Shown piece after piece: positions 13,382 through 23,690 of a stretch of 64,000 nucleotides of DNA. The notes under the pieces are model-generated. The model was not told the DNA's origin and searched no databases. It saw only the letters and a program-made list of their open reading frames with translations. The position numbers and the translations under genes were made by a program. Where the stretch lies: contig NC_043000.1 in NCBI RefSeq assembly GCF_006345805.1, forward strand, positions 15,562,001 through 15,626,000, read 5' to 3'. Origin of the DNA: Octopus sinensis. Taxonomy: Eukaryota. Numbering within the stretch: the stretch's first letter is position 1; each line of letters starts with the position of its first letter.

Positions 13382-13540
13382 CCAATATCAGCATTTACCA
13401 ATAATTGTTTCATTATTTTCCAACAGAACAGCAAAGAATCTGCTACTAATTGAATGACAGAGGTAGTTATTATTGAACTCGAAGCAGCAATGAAAACACT
13501 TAAATCGAAAGATGAACTTGTAAAATCTTTGATGATTTCA
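13382..13540 (-). CDS. Internal exon of the host gene (EIIKDFTSSSFDLSVFIAASSSIITTSVIQLVADSLLFCWKIMKQLLVNADIG)
   Basis: 159-nt open frame, acceptor attcatttag|T, donor GG|gtaggc. Phase 2 joins the 2787 exon to give ADIG-FIFDGL. Confidence 0.65.
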
Positions 13541-13886
13541 CTAAATGAATGGATTTCAAGCATGTAAGTTAGAACATTTTTTTGTATTTTTTTGTGAAAT
13601 CTAATATTTATAATTAGACACAAACGTTGATGTATAACTAATTAATTATTCTAGAAAAATTAGGCAACTTAATGTAAGTATGGAGAAAGCTTGATATCAA
13701 CCTCCATTTTTGATTGATCTATAGTTAATTGTTCAGAGATGCTTATTTTCTTTCATTTATAATTTTGGTGTTAATATTTGCTGTATAATTTCTCTCCCAA
13801 AGAGCAATGCTGCATTTCATGGCTATTTTGGGGGGAAATATTCCAAAAATTCTTCAGTGTATACTTTTATCCTACCTATGTACATT

Positions 13887-13948
<62 letters not shown>

Positions 13949-14195
13949 TCCCTTTGTGTATATATTTTTCCTCCACACATAACTACGTTCTTCTATATCT
14001 GATGCATAAACACTTGATTACTATAAACAAATCCTCTATACAGGTTGTTCAGCAAGAAATTTAAGCATCTTCCTTCTCAGACCTAAGACTACCAAGAACA
14101 ATATATGAATGCATATGTGTATATGTGTATGTATGTATGTGTGTATATCTATCTATCTCTCTATCTATCTATCTATCTATCTCTCTCTCTCTCTC

Positions 14196-14251
<56 letters not shown>

Positions 14252-14482
14252 AGTGGACAGTCAACATGCTAGATATAGGCATCAAATCGCCATTCTCCAC
14301 AAAAGATTATGTTCTCAAATCAAACTCAGCACAAAACCGAAGCAATAAACAAGTGAAAATATACGAAATAAAATAATTACCCATGTCCTTAATTGGTATA
14401 TATAAATATTTTAATCTTCGGATTCTTTTTTTAATATGCTAGACCACTGGTTTTAATTGATAAATATCAATTTCTACCCTTA

Positions 14483-14525
<43 letters not shown>

Positions 14526-14574
14526 ATACACACACACACACACACTACATATATATACACGCACACACACATAC

Positions 14575-15110
14575 TTCAAACTACCAGTACCTTCCACTGA
14601 CCATTCTCCTATGCACATGTGTAGGTAGAGATACAACAGGAGCCACTCCTACTATCAATTCTTCCTATGACTTTATAGGATACTAAGCCCAGCCACACAC
14701 AGATTGACAGCCACAACCACACACACACGTGCTATCATTACATACACATACATACACACACCACACACACACACACACTCACACACACATACACATACAC
14801 AGAGACCTGCACGCACGCACATACCCACACATACCTCCTTCTCTTGCACTCTCCTGTCTTTGAAAGAACTTTTTCTTCACCCATTCCCTTCCAGTCATTC
14901 AATATGTGACTGCATGTGTATCGTTGGCGATTTTTTCCCTCCGTCTTCCCTTCCTTGGATCTTTCCTTTTTCTATGTTTCTGACGAAGAGCTCCGCTCAA
15001 AACGTTAAACCCTCCTTCTTTCCTTCCTTTCCTGAGCATCCAATAACACTATACTTGTTCCACGTCCTCACGTTGTGTTTTCTCTTTGTGTTTTCATGTT
15101 TGGATTAACT
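14575..15110 (+). mobile_element. Penelope-like terminal repeat with a minimal hammerhead motif
   Basis: gttt-CTGACGA-a-gagc-tcc-gctc-(A)AAAC-GTT-aaac at 14976-15010. Assignment to Penelope is inferred from this motif. Confidence 0.55.
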
Positions 15111-15768
15111 TTATATATATATATATGTATCTGCTATGTTGCACCACTGAACTCAACAGGTTTTTTTTCATTCTCTTTCTATTTATTCCTTTCATTCCCC
15201 TTTCCCATTTGACACTTCTTTCAGATACACAGACACCCACGCACATACACACACACACACTCTCACAAGACAATGATAAAAAGGAAATCCAGACAATTTT
15301 TTGAAAAGTGACATTTTGCCCCTTATCCCCCTTGGAGTGACCAGCTGGGTTTGCCATTTCTAAAAGCCAAGAATCATTTACTATTGAAAGACTGACCAGC
15401 TGCAAAGATATCAACAATTTTTTTCTTCTTTCTCTCCGTCTTCCTCATTTCCTTCTCTTTTCCTTTAACACTTCTTTCAGATACAAACACACACACATAC
15501 ACACACACACGCGCGCTCTCTCTCACTTTCTCCCCATTCCTCACCCTCTTGTACTATCTTATATCTCTCCCCACCCCTACATATTCAATGATACTATAAA
15601 AAGAGACAAAATTCCTGCAAAAGTTCAATTTGACAACTCCACTAGAGTGACGAAAGCGCTAATATATATGATATATGATGTATAAAAACATGTAACATAC
15701 TAATAAATATCTGTAAATATAAAACCATCCAGATTTCTGAGTACCTCATTTCTTCTAATATATATATA

Positions 15769-16096
15769 TCTGGCACCTGTGTCGGTGGCACATAAAAAAA
15801 CACCATCCGAGCGTGGCCGTCTGCCAGTCTCGTCTGGCACCTGTGTCGGTGGCACATAAAAAACACCATCCGAGCGTGGCCGTCTGCCAGCCTCGTCTGG
15901 CACCTGTGTCGGTGGCACATAAAATCACCCACTACACTCTCGGAGTGGTTGGCGTTAGGAAGGGCATCCAGCTGTAGAAACACTGCCACATCTGACTGGC
16001 CTGGTGCAGCCTTCGGGCTTCCCAGACCCCAGTTGAACCGTCCAACCCATGCTAGCATGGAAAGCGGACGTTAAACGATGATGATGATGATGATGA
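15769..16096 (+). mobile_element. RTE 3' end with three 60-bp units
   Basis: tctggcacctgtgtcggtggcacataaaa repeated three times; (GAT)n tail. Confidence 0.85.
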
Positions 16097-16118
16097 TATA
16101 TATATATATATATATATA

Positions 16119-16294
16119 TCCGCTCAGTCGAAGTCGACTCTCGGTCACTCGTTGGATCAGTGTCCTCCAGTCAGTTCTATCCTGGGTCGCATCCTTCAGA
16201 TTGGCCATGTCCATTCCGGTATCACTCCTGATGGTGTCAAGCCAGCAGGTTCTTGGTCGGCCTCTTCCTCTCTTGCCACTGACCATTCCGAGCA

Positions 16295-16298
<4 letters not shown>
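16119..16298 (-). mobile_element. 3' end of a second RTE (BovB-like) family inside (TA)n
   Basis: MLGMVSGKRGRGRPRTCWLDTIRSDTGMDMANLKDATQDRTDWRTLIQRVTESRLRLSG; (TA)n on both sides. Confidence 0.85.
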
Positions 16299-16345
<47 letters not shown>

Positions 16346-16913
16346 TACACACACATACATACAGAGTGTACTGAATGCTTTTACTCAGCACAGCATAGGT
16401 GCTTTTTACATGGTACCAGCACTTACGAACCTGCAAGATAAGGGATGCTCAGCTGGAGAGGGTTGCAAAGGATGAGCCTGTATGCAAGGGCAACCATGCA
16501 TGCATGCATTCATACATACATACAGACAGACAGACAGGTGCAGGCATGCAGTGTGGTATGAAACTTGCTTCCCAATCGCATGATTTGGGGTTCGGTCCCA
16601 CTGCATGGCACCTTGGGCAAGTGTCTTCTTCAATAGCCTTAGGCCAACTGAAGCCTTGTGAGTGGATTTGGTAGATGGAGACTGAAAGAACATCGTGTGT
16701 GTGTGTGTGTGTGTGTGTTTGTCCCCACCCACCACAACCACTTGACAACCAGTGGGAGTGTGTTTACATCTCCATAACTTAGTGGTTTGGCAAAAAGTGA
16801 ACAATAAAATAAGTACCTGGCTTTAAAAACATAAATACTGAAGCCAATAAATTCGACTAAAAATTCTTCAAGGTGATGCCCCAGCATGGCCACTGTCCAA
16901 TAACTGAAACAAA

Positions 16914-17303
16914 TCTATATATATAAAGCTGAAGTTGTCTGTGTATGACAGGTTTGGTAGCCTTCAACTAACACCAGCTCCTCTGAGACCCTGCAGCACA
17001 AGTTGACCAAAATTGAGAGTATGATAGAAGAAGGCTTGCTCTTCCTTCCGTAGGAGAAAAAATTCAAATCGGACTATGTTAACACCAAAAATTATTTACA
17101 TCAAAAAGGTGCTTTTTTTCTATGAAAATCCTTATTTTTTACGATATTTTGACTGCGGTGTCACCATTTATCGGTGTATTTCAACCAGAAAAATGTTCAC
17201 CTAAAGAGAATAACAAGCTACATAATGCAAAATTTTTACTTTTCAAAAATTCCAATTCTAAAGGGTCGAAACAAACCCGAGCAATGCCGGGTGATACTGC
17301 TAG
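16914..17303 (+). mobile_element. Non-autonomous Helitron (family 1), inserted in the tail of a SINE (16530-16912)
   Basis: A|TC start, 3' hairpin cccgagcaatgccggg, CTAG|T end, no TSD. Confidence 0.85.
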
Positions 17304-17841
17304 TATAAGATAAAAGATAATACAGAAAATATATTTGGTATTCTATGTTTTATAAAACATAGAGTCTTGTCAGTAAATTAACCATTGAAATTACATAATT
17401 GCTTGTTGATATATTATAGAAGCTTGTTAATTCTCTTTCTCAATGGTTAGTAATTTTGCTAAACTCTGAGGAGATAAATTAATAAGTTGTACAGTAAGAA
17501 TGAAGCTTCTTTTTCTTTGTGGAGGTTCAATCAGACAACTTGAAGCTAGCAAAGTCGTGCGTCTCACTCTTTACCAAGCAAATGGTAAAGAGCAAACTTC
17601 AGTCATCGGATCTTATTTAAAGTTTGTTTATATTTGCAGGAAACATTGCAGTTTGTTTAATTAAGTTGACAGAATTTCAACCTTCTCAACTAAAAGGTCA
17701 ACAGTTTGTATCTTGTTGTCAGCACTTCACGATGTCATTGGCTGCGATTCTTTACTTAATTCAACCAGCAGTAAATAAGTAGTATGAAGTATTCTTGTTC
17801 ATTGCTGTAAACAGTAAAAAGATTGTTTAATTTTCACGTAT

Positions 17842-18316
17842 AGGCGCAGGAGGGGCTGTGTGGTAAGTAGCTTGCTTACCAACCACATGGTTCCAGGTTC
17901 AGTCCCACTGTGTGGCACCTTGGGCAAGTGTCTTCTACTATAGCCTCAGGCTGACCAAAGCCTTGTGAGTGGATTTGGTAGACAGAAACTGAAAGAAACC
18001 TGTTGTATATATATATATATATATATATATGAATTTTTTGCTTAATGAGATAAAAAACCAAGGCTGTATAGATATTAGAGCATTTATAGATAGAAGGTCT
18101 TACAGCTGTTTCTAATATCTATAGAGCCTTGGTTTTTTATTTTACTATGCAAAACATTCATATATACACACGCTGACATAGAACCAACATTGAACCCTTT
18201 ATTCGCAATATTACCGAATCTGGAACTTAACTATGGTCTGTCTATAGCACTTATTCAGCATTACATGACACCTTTGGGTCTCAATGACACCTTTGGGTCT
18301 CAATGACACCATTATC

Positions 18317-18368
<52 letters not shown>

Positions 18369-18582
18369 ATGTGTGTGTGTGTTTCTATGTCTGTATTTCC
18401 CCCCCCCCCTCCCAACATCACTTGACAACCGATGCCGGTGTGTTTATGTCCCCATAACTTAGCAGTTCAGCAGTAATAGGCTTACAAAGAATAAGTCCTG
18501 GGGTCGATTTGTTTGTCTAAAGGTGGTGCTTCAGCATGGCCACAATCAAAATGACTGAAACAAGTAAAAGAATAAAAGAATA
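17842..18582 (+). mobile_element. CORE-like tRNA SINE interrupted in its microsatellite
   Basis: Head ggcgcaggag..ggttcagtccc..cttgggcaagtg at 17842-18005; tail at 18360-18582. Confidence 0.85.
18050..18140. repeat. 91-nt inverted repeat (30-bp arms, 1 mismatch)
   Basis: ataaaaaaccaaggctgtatagatattaga and tctaatatctatagagccttggttttttat. Confidence 0.9.
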
Positions 18583-18944
18583 TACCATTGATGTTTGCTG
18601 TTGTAACATTTATTTTTCCAGTCAGGCATATTTTCATACCTCACTACCCTGCGTCATTTTTTTTTTTTCCTATGAAACCCAGCATCCAGAGAACTACTTT
18701 GACTATTGTTTCACCCAATATCTAAATCTTCTTGCATCTCAGTTTTTTTGGGGTTTTTTTTTTCAATTATTTGTATTTATCTGAATATTACAAATCACTA
18801 TATCCTTGTCTTTAAATTCAAGCTGATGGTAAATATAAATTTATTTCATATCATTTCTACAACAAACTTCCCTACTGATTATTTTTGTTTAACTATAGAC
18901 AAAGTGAACATTTTAAAGCAGAATATATCTCAATTATCCTTTTA

Positions 18945-19400
18945 AAATAATAATGAAATTATTGTATACAGTGCTCAGGTGCACCACAACTTGTCAAAAG
19001 TGTGTATAAAGCATATGCAGTAATGTACAAATGTCTGGAAAGTGAACAGTGTATGAGTCAGATACATGCTTGCGTGTGTATGGTGGGGAGAAAATTAGGT
19101 GTAGTGTTGGCGAATCTCAGGAAGCATGGAAGTTTTGAAGGATGCAGTGCTCCGGCAACTAACAACTGATGCCGGCAGTTTGTTCCATGCTTCAGCAACT
19201 CTTAGCATGAAAAAATGTTTCGGAAAGTCATGGGAGCTGTGCTGTTTTCTGACTTTGTAAACATGTCCACAGGTGTTAGACAGGTGGAGTTTGAAAAGGT
19301 GCTCAGAGTTAATATTTGTAAGATGGTTAATAATTTTATCAGTGTCTGCCAAGTCAGCTGCCAGACGTCAGAGTTTCAATGTATAAATCTAAATCACTTC
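18945..19400 (-). mobile_element. CR1-clade LINE 3' fragment
   Basis: NTCGHVYKVRKQHSSHDFPKHFFMLRVAEAWNKLPASVVSCRSTASFK matches the CR1 ORF2 C-terminal TRGH..KL...FF..RV...WN.LP..VV...S...FK pattern. Confidence 0.9.
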
Positions 19401-19460
19401 TGAATGCTCCCAATAGTATTTAATAAATCTAATAGATTTATTAGCATTTTCTTAAATATA

Positions 19461-19985
19461 TTGGGTCATCCCATAAATAAAGCAGTTTTTTCAATTGCAT
19501 GAACTCAAAGTTGGAGGGGTACGAGATAAACTACTTGCAAGTTTTGAAGAGTGCAGTTCGATTTTAACAGTTATCTTTTCAAAGCCATAATGGAAGTGAC
19601 AAAGAAACATATTCAGCATATTTTACTTTATGAGTTCAATAAAGGTACCAACACAACAGAAAGTGCGAGGAATATTAATTTCTTTACTACCCACAAGGGG
19701 CTAAACATAGAGGGGACGAACAAGGACAGAAAAAGGGATTAAGTCAATTACATCGACCCCAGTGCGAAACTGGTACTTTATTTAATGACCCCGAAAGGAT
19801 GAAAGGCAAAGTCGACCTCGGCGGAATTTGAACTCAGAACGTAACGGCAGACGAAATACCGCTTAGCACTTCGCCCGGCGTGCTAACGTTTCTCCCAGCT
19901 CGCCGCCTTAGTGCGAGGAATATTAATGCAGTACTTGGGGATCGGACAGTAAGCGTAAGCCAGTATCAACGGTAGTTCCAGAAAT
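19461..19985 (+). mobile_element. 5' part of a mariner, split by a SINE (19680-19909, 18-bp TSD)
   Basis: MEVTKKHIQHILLYEFNKGTNTTESARNIN|AVLGDRTVS is a mariner HTH region; agtgcgaggaatattaat at 19662-19679 and 19910-19927. Confidence 0.85.
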
Positions 19986-19989
19986 CCAA

Positions 19990-20312
19990 GCCAGAAACTT
20001 ATCGTCAGTAGCTCGCCTTACCAAGGTGTCAGGTGATGACTGTGAAGGTGTTTGGCTGTTCCAATGCCTTAGCCTTGCCATCACCTGTGGTAATGCAACA
20101 AGCCCGTTGGTTTGCTTCGGTAGGTTCCATTGAACCTTGTGGCATGTGACCAATTGAAACACTTGATGTTGAATTGATGTTTTTTCCTTTCTTTTTTGTT
20201 TTCTTTTTCTCTTTCTTTTTCTTTCTTTGTTCCTCTTTTTCTATTTATTTTTCTTGTGGTTTTGCATTTTATATGTAACATAAAATATTTACTGTGAAAC
20301 AAAAACCAACAA
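19990..20312 (+). mobile_element. 3' end of a CRE-like (restriction-like endonuclease) non-LTR element
   Basis: RLTKVSGDDCEGVWLFQCLSLAITCGNATS resembles the RLE-end consensus ..TGD.RE..FLFQRLS.AIQRGNAA (recalled from memory). Confidence 0.6.
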
Positions 20313-20412
20313 GCAAAACAAACCAGAATGCAATATTACAAGTCACCAGCATCACTGATTGCAATATTGAAGGTGGGTGATGGATGTAGTCAATTTAGTG
20401 GACTGATGCTTA

Positions 20413-20804
20413 TCTCTCTATATATAAAGCTGAAGTTGTCTGTGTATGGCAGGTTTGGTAGCCTTCAACTAACACTATCTCCTCCAAGACCCTGTGGCGC
20501 AAGTTGACCAAAATTGAGAGTATGATAGAAGAAGACTTGCTCTTCCTTCCGTAGAAGGTAAAATTCAAATTGGACCATGTTAACACCAAAAATTATTTAC
20601 ATCAAAAAGGTGCTTTTTTTCTATGAAAATCCCTATTTTTTACGATTTTTTGACTGCTGTGTCGCCATTTTTCGGTGTATTTCAACCTGAAAAATGTTCA
20701 CTTAAAGAGAATAACAAGCTACATAATGCAAAATTTTTACTTTTCAAAAATTCCAATTCTAAAGGGTCGAAAAAAACTCAAGCAACGCCGGGCGATACTG
20801 CTAG
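20413..20804 (+). mobile_element. Non-autonomous Helitron (family 1)
   Basis: A|TC...caagcaacgccgggcgatactg CTAG|T; near-identical to 16914-17303. Confidence 0.85.
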
Positions 20805-21070
20805 TTTAAGAAAAAAAGCAACGTTGATGTGAGGAAGATTTGAATTCAGGACATAAATGCGTATTATGAAATAAAAAATATTTTGTTTGTTACTGCTAAC
20901 AATAACTAATTAGAGGAATAATATGCAAACATTTTCTTGGCATTGCCCACATTCTAGTGCACCTGAGAACTGTATATAATAAGTTCATTATTATATTATT
21001 TTATTATATCGTTCGTGGCCCGCCTAATGGTGACTAAAAACCAACAATCAATATTCAAGCATAAATTAAA

Positions 21071-21268
21071 TTGTTGGTTTTTGTTTCACAGTAAATATTT
21101 TATGTTACATATAAAATGCAAAACCACAAGAAAAATAAATAGAAAAAGAGGAACAAAGAAAGAAAAAGAAAGAGAAAAAGAAAACAAAAAAGAAAGGAAA
21201 AAACATCAATTCAACATCAAGTGTTTCAATTGGTCACATGCCACAAGGTTCAATGGAACCTACCGAAG
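21071..21268. repeat. 198-bp exact inverted copy of 20115-20312
   Basis: No mismatch found by eye; the ORF track gives identical peptides on opposite strands. Confidence 0.9.
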
Positions 21269-21511
21269 TAGGTAAAACAAACTAATGCTACAAATGATAT
21301 ATACACAGGTTCGATAGTTTCCTTATTTCTGATGTCTTGCCCTCAGGACATCATAAGTAATTTGCTTAAAAATACAGAATCGCCGTAGCTAATAAAAAAT
21401 TTGTGTTGCTCACTTCAAGGCTGTATATTGTGTCTTACTGTTTCAGAGAAGGCCGTGTCGTGGGCTTAAAAAATCACACATATATATTATATATCTGCGG
21501 CTTTATATAGC

Positions 21512-22066
21512 TATGGTAAGACCTCACCTGGAATTTGCATCACCGGTCTGGAACCCCTATCTTGCCCAGGATATCAATCGTCTGGAAGCTGTTCAGCGAC
21601 GTGCAACCAAAAGAATACCCTCCATCAGGCATTTGCCATATCCTGAACGCCTTACCTCCCTGGGCATGGACACATTGAAACTCCGTCAACCATCATACAA
21701 ACAATAACTCTGAGCACCTTTTCAAACTCCACCCATCTAACACCCGTGGACATATTTACAAAGTCACAAAAACAACACAGCTCCCGTGACTTCAGGAAAC
21801 ATTTTTTCACGCTCAGAGTTGCTGAAACATAGAACAAACTGCTGGCATCAGTTGTTAGTTGTCGGAGCACTGCATCCTTCAAAACTTCCATGCTTTCTGA
21901 GATTCGCCAACACTACACTTGATTTTCTCTCCTCCATACACACACAGGCATGTACCTGACTCATACATTGTTCGCTTTCCAGACATTTTTACATTACTGC
22001 ATGTACTTTATATGCACTTTCTGACAAGTTGTGGTGCACCTGAGCACTGTATACAATAATTTCATT
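21512..22066 (+). mobile_element. CR1-clade LINE 3' fragment with an internal deletion
   Basis: VRPHLEFASPVWNPYLAQDINRLEAVQRRATKRIP is classic CR1 ORF2; the tail ends gtggtgcacctgagcactgtatacaataat. Confidence 0.9.
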
Positions 22067-23004
22067 ATATATATATTATATTATATATATATATATATCA
22101 GGGGAGGTAATTATGGTGCAACTGAACTAAGTGGGTGTCATCGTATTTAACGCATGGACAACCACAATATACAAGACAACCACAATATTAATGAATGACT
22201 GGTTTTTATCTATTTCTAATAGCTATGAGAAAAAACTCTAGACATGTTTCTCACGTATTTTGATATCATCAAGTAAGTATAATACTTCAAACTTCTGACA
22301 TGGTTTGAAACAGATCAGTAAATACATAGAAATGCAGACTTGTCTACATAAAAAAAACAAGTGTTGAGAAATCAAATAATTCGAATTCATCTTTTGCATT
22401 ATAAAAAAATAGCTAAGCTCTTGCCAGTATATTTAAAACATTGATCATTAAAAGACTGAAATAGAGAAAAATATGCCGTGAGGATAAATTATCAAAACTC
22501 ATTCTTATTCGAGTAAAATCATGGGTACATGACATTGTTGTAGCTATTCTGATAGAGAAACTATTGCTGGAATCCAGCAATGAATAATACAGTGTGGATA
22601 TGTTTGATTAGTTAATTTGGTCTTTTGCAATCTATAAGCAGGTTTTCTTCAAATTTTGTTCTGTATTTGCAAGTTATGAGCAGTTGCTCAACTTATCTAC
22701 GTGGCTGGTTTAGAAGCGATATATAAAACACTGCCTACCTCACTTATCAAGCAGTACTTTGAGTAAGTGTGAGCAACACTTAGGAAGTTTTGATGCTCAA
22801 GTTTTATTCAAATGATTCTAACAAATATCACATGGAATGGCTTTAGTTGAGAATCAAGCAAAACTTACACTTACAAGCTTAGCTTGTTGAAATGAATGCT
22901 CATTAACATTGTATGGTAATTTTTACATAAACACACATGCACAGACACACATTCCCTCTTTCTAACTCTTGATCTTGTAATAATAAAAAAATAATAAATG
23001 CGCC

Positions 23005-23247
23005 CTTTCAAAGCCTAGCCAGGCTCATGGGCCTGGTTTCCTGGTTTCAATGGCATATGTGTTCCCCAGCTGGACGGAACGCCAGTCCATCACAGCGTTA
23101 CTCATTTTTGCGAGTTGAGTGGACTGGAGCAACATGAAATGAAGTGTTTTGCTCAAGAACACAACGTGTCACCTGGTGCAGGAATCGAAACCACAATCTT
23201 ACAATCACAATGCTGACACCCTAACCACTAAGCCACGCGCCTCCACT
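23005..23247 (-). mobile_element. tRNA-headed SINE with a V-domain-like segment
   Basis: Minus strand reads ggaggcgcgtggcttagtggttagg..ggtttcgattcc and gatggactggcgttccgtccag. Confidence 0.75.
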
Positions 23248-23620
23248 ATCTTGTAATGGTTACTTAATAAGGACCTATATATTCTTTACTACAACAAAAA
23301 TTGGACATTTAGGACATGGCTCACATTAAAATGGTTTCAAACTTTAGCAGAAGGCCCAGTAATTTTAGGGAGAGTGGGGCTTGTCAATTACACTGACCCC
23401 CCAGTACTCAACCAGCACTGATTTAATCAACCACCAAAGAATTAAAAGCAAAGTTGACCTTGGTGGTATTTGAATTCAGAAGATAAAAGAGTTGCAAGAA
23501 ATGTCACTGAGCATTTTATCCAGTGCAATAATATTTCTGCTAGCTTGCCATTTTGATTGCTTAGAATATGATCTTTTTCCCTTTGTAATTTGAAAAGCAT
23601 GACCATATATAAGTGGTAAC

Positions 23621-23690
23621 CTTATAACCAAACTCAATCTGAGCTGGGTAATAAGCCATTGTACAAGATTTATTAGAACACTACTTAAGT
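23621..23690 (-). CDS. Speculative upstream exon of the host gene (DLSSVLINLVQWLITQLRLSLVI)
   Basis: cacttctccaaag|AC...AG|gttacc; phase 2 fits the 13540 exon. Donor is weak and the exon is short. Confidence 0.25.

Noticed and set aside
17400-17810. Unique region with good splice-like signals on both strands
   Set aside because: All minus frames close quickly; the plus frames are only ~55-65 codons with no recognisable homology.
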